From a virus, in the IMG/VR virus record IMGVR_UViG_3300045988_132585, positions 76,678-140,677 of that record: DNA of 64,000 nucleotides; one strand, 5' to 3'. The stretch's first letter is position 1. Every line of letters begins with the position of its first letter. The translations under genes and the position numbers were made by a program. Positions 57,011 to 64,000 of this stretch are shown piece after piece. The notes below the pieces were generated by a model. It saw nothing but the letters and a program-made list of their open reading frames with translations, searched no databases and was not told where the DNA came from.

Positions 57011-57706
57011 CTATTTAAAGGCAATTCCATAATTACTCCAAAACTTTACTTGTTGAGACAGATTCCACGGCATAGTTTTATATGCTTGGAAATATTCCCA
57101 CTCGATTTTATCCTCAAAGCCGGGACAATGATGTTTGACGTAAGCATAAAACTCATCATGCTTCTGTTTTGCAAAATCATCCCCTTCTTCATCCAGCATG
57201 ACAATTTTTGGTTTGTTTGCCTCCCGACATTGTTTTGCGGTTTGATAGAATCGCCGAAAGTGTTCGGCATAATACTCGTTTCCGCTATAATCAACGAAGG
57301 TAACTTTACCTCCATAAATTTTGCAAACCCTTAAAGGTTCCAGTGTTGCTCTCTTTACCGGTCTTGAACCATCCCATAGCCAACCACAGAACTGTATGCC
57401 ATCCCAGACAAGATACGGTAAGTATTTTAAAGAAAAAGACTCTATATTCAACACCTCATATTGTACAGGATTGGTTTCTTGTGCTGCATCTTCAGCGGTT
57501 TTGTATATGGGCATACTTACCTTAAATTTTTCCTCTCCCAATTTGCTGCCAAACCAAAAGATATGTTCGGTATCCACGTTGTTTCCACAAATACCGGTAT
57601 CTTTTATTCTCATGCCGCGATATTCTGCTTCACGAATCACTCCGTTTCTGTGCATAAATACCCTTGTTCCAAAGGGGAACGGGTAAACTGATACTTTTCT
57701 TTCCAT
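57011..57706 (-). CDS. Hypothetical protein (231 aa)
   Basis: ORF. Confidence 0.45.
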   Translation of the reverse strand: MERKVSVYPFPFGTRVFMHRNGVIREAEYRGMRIKDTGICGNNVDTEHIFWFGSKLGEEKFKVSMPIYKTAEDAAQETNPVQYEVLNIESFSLKYLPYLVWDGIQFCGWLWDGSRPVKRATLEPLRVCKIYGGKVTFVDYSGNEYYAEHFRRFYQTAKQCREANKPKIVMLDEEGDDFAKQKHDEFYAYVKHHCPGFEDKIEWEYFQAYKTMPWNLSQQVKFWSNYGIAFK

Positions 57707-57716
57707 ATTGTTTTAT

Positions 57717-58163
57717 TTATAGATTAAAATTCAGCAATATAACTATATACATAATCCACAGATTAAAATATCTTGTCACATTTATAATGTTGTTAAATAA
57801 TGATATTTCGTATCTTGTGTTCCCATTTTCACCATGTCCCGCTTTTTTAAAATAACATAGGGTCGGCTTGTATTTGAAATAATTAAAAAGCCTATACCAT
57901 CCCTTCCCGTTACATGTTTCACGATTCCATATTCCAGTAAGCTTCCTATATCCCCTTACTGGTATTTTCTCTATTTCTTTTGGTACAATCCTGACATACT
58001 CTCCTTCTCCGATTGGTATAGTCATATTGCCTGCCTTTTCCGTGCAAAAGTATTCTATTTCAGATGCCATGCCTTTATATACATAGAACCGGTATAGGTT
58101 CCCGTCAGGGTCTACCCGATCCATGTAATATAATATCACTTTGTCTACTTTTATCTTTTTCAT
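57717..58163 (-). CDS. Hypothetical protein (148 aa)
   Basis: ORF. Confidence 0.4.
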   Translation of the reverse strand: MKKIKVDKVILYYMDRVDPDGNLYRFYVYKGMASEIEYFCTEKAGNMTIPIGEGEYVRIVPKEIEKIPVRGYRKLTGIWNRETCNGKGWYRLFNYFKYKPTLCYFKKAGHGENGNTRYEISLFNNIINVTRYFNLWIMYIVILLNFNL

Positions 58164-58447
58164 TCCTTTATTCTCCTTATCTTTAAATCGTTATTCCCAC
58201 AGTATTCCTTCAGCCAACTATCCGTTAGATAACGATTAACTCTATCGTATTTCTTTTTCGGGCCCTTGCTCCAGAATTTCCATTCTTTTGTGATATTGTA
58301 CCCATATTTATCAAACCAATAGATATAATACACTACGTTACCGTATAAATCCACTCTTTTTCTTTCCTGTATGACTACCTCGTAAGGCATCTTCTTGTCT
58401 CTTTTCTCCATCTTTGTCCTCCTTTCTTGAATAAAAAAAAACGGCAC
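58160..58447 (-). CDS. Hypothetical protein (95 aa)
   Basis: ATGA-coupled ORF. Confidence 0.4.
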   Translation of the reverse strand: MPFFFIQERRTKMEKRDKKMPYEVVIQERKRVDLYGNVVYYIYWFDKYGYNITKEWKFWSKGPKKKYDRVNRYLTDSWLKEYCGNNDLKIRRIKE

Positions 58448-58490
58448 CTATCTTCGCAGACCAGTGCCGGTAACTAACTTACATGGAAAA

Positions 58491-58901
58491 CTACTTAACC
58501 TCAACTAATTCTACAGAGTTGTAGAATTTAGTGAAGCTACCAGCAAATTCTCTTATATTTTTATATTCTTCTGGTCGTTTTCTGTTACCGTCTTTTATGT
58601 AATTCACCCACAGTCTATCCTCTATGTTCTTAATCGCATTTTCTATAGTAAATTCGTCGCTGACACACATTAAACACGAAGATCCGGTTTTCTTATGTGG
58701 TTTATACACCCTTGAAAAAGACCACATTTTTATCCTGTCGTATATATATCCGTTGTTTGGATAAACGAATCCTATCCGGCTGTCACCTTCTTTGGCATAA
58801 AATACACCTGGCTCCTTCCCGCCCTTTCTATATACTACGAATCCTTTTTCTTTTAGGATCTTAACCACTTTATTTAATTTATTTTCTACGTTCATTTTCA
58901 T
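58491..58901 (-). CDS. Hypothetical protein (136 aa)
   Basis: ORF. Confidence 0.4.
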   Translation of the reverse strand: MKMNVENKLNKVVKILKEKGFVVYRKGGKEPGVFYAKEGDSRIGFVYPNNGYIYDRIKMWSFSRVYKPHKKTGSSCLMCVSDEFTIENAIKNIEDRLWVNYIKDGNRKRPEEYKNIREFAGSFTKFYNSVELVEVK

Positions 58902-59352
58902 GCAAAAATTTAAAAACGACCTTCATTACATTTCCAAAGTTCTCCACCTTAACCCACTCGTGAGCTACTGCTCTAAGTACGGATGTTTCGTATGTCGGAA
59001 TATCGTCTTCTTCAACCACCTTACAAGAAGCCAGAACTCCTTCAGTCGGCTTTAGTCCGAGGTCATGCAGCTCGCAGAGACCGCCCGGCTGGCGGAATGC
59101 GCACCACCCGTCTTTCTCTGTTGGCTGGATCATCGCTATTGGTTTTTCTTTCACTGCAAGATACCCTACCATCCACATTGTTTCTTTTAACCTGTCAGCG
59201 TATCCGGCATCTATGATAGCCTCTATGCCTTTTGGCGTACCAATACAAGGAACTTTACACATGTTTTTACATTTATCACATGTACAAGGTTGCTCCCATC
59301 TGTTATGATCTATGCCTACCAACTTCTTTATCCGTTCTACTTCTTCTTTCAT
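58879..59352 (-). CDS. Cys-cluster protein (157 aa), possible metal-chelating fold
   Basis: CTCDKCKNMCKVPC plus C-terminal WCAF...C...C. Pattern only; family not assigned. Confidence 0.35.
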   Translation of the reverse strand: MKEEVERIKKLVGIDHNRWEQPCTCDKCKNMCKVPCIGTPKGIEAIIDAGYADRLKETMWMVGYLAVKEKPIAMIQPTEKDGWCAFRQPGGLCELHDLGLKPTEGVLASCKVVEEDDIPTYETSVLRAVAHEWVKVENFGNVMKVVFKFLHENERRK

Positions 59353-59353
59353 A

Positions 59354-59638
59354 TTATACTATCTCTGTTAGTTTTTCATAATACAACTTCATTTCCGGTG
59401 AAGCATATTCCATGAATGCTTCGAATAAGTAGGGTACCTCTATTATCATATTCACATTACAACCTTCTGCCTGTGAAAGAGATTCAAGATCATTGCTGTA
59501 TGAACACGTTACATGAGCTCCTACATTAAACACATGTAAATCTAATCTTACATATTCCATACATAAATCTAACGCTTTAAACAAGTTTTCTACCTCAATC
59601 TCCTGAAATAGGTCTATAAACATCCTTAAATCCATCAT
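59354..59638 (-). CDS. Hypothetical protein (94 aa)
   Basis: ORF. Confidence 0.35.
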   Translation of the reverse strand: MMDLRMFIDLFQEIEVENLFKALDLCMEYVRLDLHVFNVGAHVTCSYSNDLESLSQAEGCNVNMIIEVPYLFEAFMEYASPEMKLYYEKLTEIV

Positions 59639-60018
59639 TTTACTACCCTTTCTATGTGTTTAATTAATACTACCGCCATTCCATTGCCGGTTTTTATCGC
59701 ACATTCCGATCCTTTTATCCATTCTACACATCCTACATACTTTTCTGTAGAATGAAAACCTGGATTGTATTTTCCAGATGTACTGAACTCTACCGTATTC
59801 CCCACCTTCAGATCATCAAAAGCAATAGACCATGTGGTCCAAATTCTATCATGTCTCCCAGGCTGAATAGCTCCGATTACGCCTTTTTTACGACCGTTTT
59901 TTATCGCCCTTAGTATTATCTTTCTATCACCTTCGATAAGGCTGCAAAAGCGCCCGTAAAAGGTCAAATCAACCTGTTTTCCTCCTATTTCTTCTCTTAT
60001 TTTTGTTATTCTGTTCAT
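59635..60018 (-). CDS. Hypothetical protein (127 aa)
   Basis: ORF. Confidence 0.4.
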   Translation of the reverse strand: MNRITKIREEIGGKQVDLTFYGRFCSLIEGDRKIILRAIKNGRKKGVIGAIQPGRHDRIWTTWSIAFDDLKVGNTVEFSTSGKYNPGFHSTEKYVGCVEWIKGSECAIKTGNGMAVVLIKHIERVVK

Positions 60019-60262
60019 TTTCTGATTTTGTTTTATTTTTTTCCTTGTTTTTTCTATCTTCTATAGAAGATGATAATAACATTATCTTTTCTATGTTACT
60101 TTTTGACTGTAAAAAAGAATCGCATTTCATTACTACTACCACCTTCTTAAGTTCCCCATTATCGTATAGCGATACACACATCATGTTTTGCACCTCGTCC
60201 ACTATCAGACCTGGAGTAGTCTTAGCCATTTTGCGTAGCTTATTATACTCCGGTCTTTCCAT
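59969..60262 (-). CDS. Hypothetical protein (97 aa) with Lys/Asn-rich tail
   Basis: Overlaps the downstream gene by 50 nt; the low-complexity tail may be an artefact. Confidence 0.3.
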   Translation of the reverse strand: MERPEYNKLRKMAKTTPGLIVDEVQNMMCVSLYDNGELKKVVVVMKCDSFLQSKSNIEKIMLLSSSIEDRKNKEKNKTKSENEQNNKNKRRNRRKTG

Positions 60263-60527
60263 TTCCTCTGTTTATTACTCTATAGTATTTATCCTTATCC
60301 CCTTCTTTCAACTTCTCCAGATAGAAAATTCCATCATGTAAATGAGACAAACAAAACCTGTATCCGTATTTCTGTACTCTTCTTACATGATCCCGCAGTC
60401 TTATCTCTTCACTTTTGTCTTGTACTTTGATTTTAATACTGTCTCCTTCTTTGATTGTGTATAAAATAGTTTGAATCTCTTCTTTTTTCATCTTATAAAA
60501 TATTTTAACGGCAGCACCTATACTCAC
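60243..60527 (-). CDS. Hypothetical protein (94 aa)
   Basis: ORF. Confidence 0.35.
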   Translation of the reverse strand: MSIGAAVKIFYKMKKEEIQTILYTIKEGDSIKIKVQDKSEEIRLRDHVRRVQKYGYRFCLSHLHDGIFYLEKLKEGDKDKYYRVINRGNGKTGV

Positions 60528-60554
60528 GCACCACTACTGCCTTATGTTTAACAA

Positions 60555-61364
60555 TTAAATACTTAACTCTTCAATGGTCAAGCCTTTTTCTTTTGCCCAC
60601 TTTAGCATCGCGCATAATTCTGTTTCTGACTTATATTTCGGATCACGCCACGCCCATCCGAATTTATCCGGGACATGATGATATAATTCGTCGGCCTTTG
60701 CCGTGTAAATGTCTTTGAATAAATGCTCCGAACCTTCCGGTATAAGCATCTCTGTTGTTGCAAAATCGGAATACGATAAACATCCGTAAGCATATTCTGT
60801 TATTTCACTCCATGCTTCTCCGGCTTTAAATCCAAATTCTTTTACAAAAGCCAAAGTTAGATACATATTTAATAATATTGTTACATCATATCCGGAATCC
60901 GACTTTCTTTCTATTATTTCCTTTTCAAATTCCTTTAAATCTTCAGGTCCTAAAAAGATGTATCCTGATACCGACCGGTAATTAGTCTCCGCATACTTCT
61001 TGCATTTATCATCATTGACAATCTTACTAATGTCAGATAACATCTTTTGCCTCCATTCATCACAAAACTCTACCTCTACGTTCATCCAATCAGTACCATA
61101 ATTATATTCTTTCGGATATCCGACCGGTGTTACCTTTATACTATTCACGCCATATCCGTAAAGGCGTTCACTTACCTCATTCGCCCATTCCTGTACAAAA
61201 GGAATAAACTTATTGTAATAAGAATCAAAATCAAAATCCGATTCCTCCTCATATTCTGGCATCTCTTCATAATCCTGTTCAAAGAAATGACGAGGATCTG
61301 CTATTGTTTCGTAGAAACTTACGTTAATGAAACAAAACTCGTTGGTTGTCGTTTTTAATATCAT
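60555..61364 (-). CDS. Hypothetical protein (269 aa)
   Basis: ORF. Confidence 0.45.
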   Translation of the reverse strand: MILKTTTNEFCFINVSFYETIADPRHFFEQDYEEMPEYEEESDFDFDSYYNKFIPFVQEWANEVSERLYGYGVNSIKVTPVGYPKEYNYGTDWMNVEVEFCDEWRQKMLSDISKIVNDDKCKKYAETNYRSVSGYIFLGPEDLKEFEKEIIERKSDSGYDVTILLNMYLTLAFVKEFGFKAGEAWSEITEYAYGCLSYSDFATTEMLIPEGSEHLFKDIYTAKADELYHHVPDKFGWAWRDPKYKSETELCAMLKWAKEKGLTIEELSI

Positions 61365-61615
61365 AACTTTTTGTATTTACGTACATTTTTCTTGCCATAG
61401 AATCTACACATGGCACGAATCTGACTATAAAATACTTTTGTCCTCCTGGCCTCAAAGTATTTAAACATTTCTTCATTCTTTGTTTCCCAAACGTAATCCG
61501 TTTGGGAACTCATGCGATCTTTCTCCTTGCGTGAATAATGGTAATATGATACCACAACACGTTTCATACCATTCTTTACAGGTACGATATTTACGTCTAT
61601 ACTATTCTCTGTCAT
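61361..61615 (-). CDS. Hypothetical protein (84 aa)
   Basis: ATGA-coupled ORF. Confidence 0.35.
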   Translation of the reverse strand: MTENSIDVNIVPVKNGMKRVVVSYYHYSRKEKDRMSSQTDYVWETKNEEMFKYFEARRTKVFYSQIRAMCRFYGKKNVRKYKKL

Positions 61616-61727
61616 ATTATTATTGTTTTATGCATTATACAAATACAAAGAGCTTCACAGGCCGGCGCTCCTTTCAATAAAAAGGAAAAAACTAATATTA
61701 CATAAACATATTGTTTTCTACTCTTTA

Positions 61728-61961
61728 TTACAATACTTTTGTTCCGCAATTATTATATCTTCCGTACTCTTTTTTCGTATCATTCAAGATTTCAAAAACC
61801 ATCTTCTTGTGATCTTCGTTTGGTAACCTATCCTTAACAGCCGATATTACGCCCGCTATAGACGTAAGGCCTGAATCTGTTATTGAACACAGCAACACGC
61901 CTCTGTCGGCTCCGGTGCTTATTGCTGACGCCTTTATAATATCATTCTTATATATTCTCAT
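61728..61961 (-). CDS. Hypothetical protein (77 aa)
   Basis: ORF immediately downstream of tRNA-like site 1. Confidence 0.35.
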   Translation of the reverse strand: MRIYKNDIIKASAISTGADRGVLLCSITDSGLTSIAGVISAVKDRLPNEDHKKMVFEILNDTKKEYGRYNNCGTKVL

Positions 61962-61980
61962 AACTTTTTTGTTTTATTGT

Positions 61981-62007
61981 TTGTGAGATGCCCAGAATCG
62001 AACCAGG
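61981..62007 (-). ncRNA. tRNA-like 3' portion (T-arm GGTTCGATTC + acceptor-like ...CATCTCAC); full cloverleaf not confirmed
   Basis: Minus strand reads CCTGG-TTCGATT-CTGGG-CATCTCA-C. This is a canonical T-loop with a 5-bp T-stem followed by a 7-nt acceptor-like strand and a discriminator C. A matching 5' acceptor strand could not be found by eye. Confidence 0.35.
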
Positions 62008-62235
62008 ACCGGCACATACGCACCGGCACGCCGCGTCATCCCCTCTATGATGCAGAAATAGGCATGCCTATCCTCACGAACCGACATGCCAAAACCCAAA
62101 ACTTAATCTGATGAATAAAATAGATTAACAAAAATACTATTCTAATTCTTTTATAATATCTTTCACAATATTCAGCCTTACCTCCTTCGTTTCTGGACTA
62201 AGACAACCAAACCACCCATAAAACGTTCTTGTTTC

Positions 62236-62451
62236 CTATGGTTCTGTGGCCATACTTATCTTCTCCTCCAATTCCGGGAAATATATTCTCACCATTTCGT
62301 CTGAACGAAACTCATAGATATTTTTATGTGTTTTGAAATACATAAACACTACATTTCTTAACGCAACACATATGTATTCCCCATCCTCTAACCTATCAAT
62401 CATCTCATATATCTTTTTCCATATGAATAATCGCTCTTCTTTTGTAAACAT
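62236..62451 (-). CDS. Hypothetical protein (71 aa)
   Basis: ORF between the two tRNA-like sites. Confidence 0.35.
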   Translation of the reverse strand: MFTKEERLFIWKKIYEMIDRLEDGEYICVALRNVVFMYFKTHKNIYEFRSDEMVRIYFPELEEKISMATEP

Positions 62452-62459
62452 ATCTTTCT

Positions 62460-62807
62460 TTATTTTTGTGGTATTATTTGACTGTACGCAGACTTTTCCA
62501 TGTACACAATACTATGCTCCTGTCCAAGTATTTTCTTTGCTGCTTCTTTCTTTATCGCGCAATATCTCCCTGTACGATACGGATTCTTTTGATCTGATCC
62601 ATCCTCAACTTCGATAATAAAACAACCTCCGTCATCTATTATCTTTTTGCAATTGTCACATATTTCTCCCGTGCATATATGATGCGGCGCCTGCCCTTTG
62701 ATGTTATTCCCTAATAAAGCAATCCCCATCTCTTCACCGCATACTATGCATAGTTCTATGGATGGATTCAACCCATGCTCCGGATGCAATACAATACCGT
62801 CTTTCAT
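62460..62807 (-). CDS. Cys/His-rich zinc-binding protein (115 aa)
   Basis: CIVCG ... HHICTGEICDNC ... C. Confidence 0.4.
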   Translation of the reverse strand: MKDGIVLHPEHGLNPSIELCIVCGEEMGIALLGNNIKGQAPHHICTGEICDNCKKIIDDGGCFIIEVEDGSDQKNPYRTGRYCAIKKEAAKKILGQEHSIVYMEKSAYSQIIPQK

Positions 62808-63208
62808 TTTCTATCCTCCTTTATTAATTCTATTATAAACTTTTTATCTTGTTCCCACAATGGCAGCCCTTCTTTTACTGTGTATGCCACTGTTTCCCTC
62901 TCTCCTATTAATCGCACGGCAATCTCTCTTGCTTTCAAGTCATCCTCCTCATGCGATTTGTTTATTAAATCATAGGCACATGATTCCACCTTTTGCCTTT
63001 CGATTATTATCGAACCCATTAACTCGCTTATATGCGATCCTAAAAACGATAAGACATTAATAGCTTTCCCAATATCATTTGAAATAGCACTTGCTAAATA
63101 CATCTTATCCATATACTCCGGCAAAGCCTCGTATGCCGTTTCTATGTTTTTATACTGATTTTCGTTTACCTCCCTTTTAATCAGTTCTTCAAATTCTTCT
63201 TTTAACAT
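62804..63208 (-). CDS. Hypothetical protein (134 aa; start at internal ATG MLKEEFEEL)
   Basis: The annotated N-terminal 49 codons would read through tRNA-like site 2, so the start is moved to 63208. Confidence 0.4.
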   Translation of the reverse strand: MLKEEFEELIKREVNENQYKNIETAYEALPEYMDKMYLASAISNDIGKAINVLSFLGSHISELMGSIIIERQKVESCAYDLINKSHEEDDLKAREIAVRLIGERETVAYTVKEGLPLWEQDKKFIIELIKEDRK

Positions 63209-63230
63209 GTTCTTCCCTATTTTAATGTTG

Positions 63231-63257
63231 TGTGAGATCGCCGGAATCGAACCGACT
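63231..63257 (-). ncRNA. tRNA-like 3' portion (T-arm GGTTCGATTC + acceptor-like ...GATCTCAC); full cloverleaf not confirmed
   Basis: Minus strand reads GTCGG-TTCGATT-CCGGC-GATCTCA-C. Shares TGTGAGAT...GAATCGAACC with site 1. A candidate 5' strand GAAGATC lies 62 nt upstream but leaves two terminal mismatches and a fragment too short for a canonical tRNA. Confidence 0.35.
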
Positions 63258-63880
63258 TGCTGCACCATGAATCCCATAAAGCAAATGCTCCGATCTTCGC
63301 AGATGGGAGCATTCTGTCTAAAGCATAAGAAAATTAATGAAGAAATTTTTCTCACTTACGCCATAGCATCTAAAATAGCTATCAGCACTATTTCTATGAC
63401 AAACATAATAGAAAATATCTTAAATGCCTTTTTCATATCGCTATCTCCTCCTTTTTATTTTTTTTAGTTCCACAATAAACTGTTCCGGCTCTGCTCCGAC
63501 CTACGTTCCACCTACAACCGCAGGCCTTAGCCCAAGGCGCCGCCTACTCCCCCTCTATGGCAGCCTGTTCGTACCTACAAATCCAAACGCGATAATAAAC
63601 ATTTATCCTTATAACAATCATAAAAAAAATACACCTGTCACAACCGTAATCCTTAACCTCTACACAGCTAACTACCTTAGCATATACTTCCATCACTGCC
63701 TTCTATTCCTTTTACCCCGAAAATAGAACCTTCTACCTCCTTACTCAAATCTAAGTCAGGCGCAAAGTCATATACGTTCATACCATCCATATTTTAATCG
63801 TTAAACATCCCGCTTAAAAAAAAAATACTCACATAATGCAGGCCTCAACCCTTAATCTGTTGGAAGGAACCTATATAATG

Positions 63881-64000
63881 CTGTTTTAAACCCTTATCAT
63901 ATTGAATTTTGTGGAAATGATCTACAGAACACTGTTTTAAAACGCTTATCTATTGAATTTTGTTGGTAAAACGCTTATCTATTGAATTTTGTTGGTAGGG
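63881..64000 (+). repeat. Direct repeats at the window edge: perfect tandem 29-nt unit AAAACGCTTATCTATTGAATTTTGTTGGT x2 (63939-63967, 63968-63996) plus a degenerate upstream copy (63881-63914)
   Basis: The two tandem copies are identical and contiguous. The upstream copy CTGTTTTAAACCCTTATCATATTGAATTTTGTGG is about 80% identical. The array may continue past the window end. Confidence 0.6.

Noticed and set aside
61981-63320. Annotating the two T-arm-containing loci as ordinary tRNA genes
   Set aside because: The T-arm and 3' acceptor strand are convincing, but by hand no complementary 5' acceptor strand, D-arm or anticodon arm could be placed at canonical distances. They are kept as tRNA-like fragments pending tRNAscan-SE/ARAGORN.
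62804-63355. Full-length ORF 62804..63355 (183 aa)
   Set aside because: Its first 49 codons are the translation of tRNA-like site 2. The gene is trimmed to start at the internal Met at 63208.
63881-64000. CRISPR array
   Set aside because: The repeats are contiguous tandem copies of a 29-nt unit without intervening unique spacers, and only about 2.8 copies are visible. This is not CRISPR repeat-spacer architecture.
1-64000. rRNA genes, integrase/attachment sites, capsid/portal/terminase genes
   Set aside because: No sequence in the window shows recognisable signatures of these. The structural genes present appear to be tail, cargo or ejection-type proteins only.

Overview
The window reads as a contiguous stretch of a large, AT-rich dsDNA bacteriophage genome, most consistent with a Bacteroidota-infecting (crAss-like) podovirus; that assignment is an inference. 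The evidence for it is: (a) a run of very large plus-strand proteins (951, 972, 2135, 751 and 2140 aa), several with Gly/Ala-rich hydrophobic segments and C-terminal TM helices, as expected for internal or ejected virion 'cargo' proteins; (b) recurring Bacteroides-type -7 promoter boxes (TAnnTTTG) just upstream of plus-strand genes, with no Shine-Dalgarno dependence; (c) a densely packed minus-strand block (30.5-63.4 kb) of replication genes and about 60 small early-type ORFs, many linked by ATGA stop/start overlaps. The minus-strand replication genes include an SF2 helicase, a DnaB-like helicase, a primase-like Zn/TOPRIM protein and two PD-(D/E)xK nucleases. No DNA polymerase, capsid, portal or terminase gene is visible in the window. 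Elements worth follow-up: a TnpB-like IS200/IS605 RuvC nuclease gene whose zinc-finger cysteines are all substituted; an acyl-carrier-protein / NfeD / flotillin (SPFH) operon inside the replication block; an ABC-type ATPase with a Pol-beta nucleotidyltransferase neighbour; two tRNA-like T-arm/acceptor fragments; three covarying hairpins sharing the loop TCCCTTCRGTC; a G8 homopolymer positioned to fuse two ORFs downstream of the last giant virion gene; and a GC-rich island plus 29-nt tandem repeats at the right edge. No rRNA and no CRISPR array were found.
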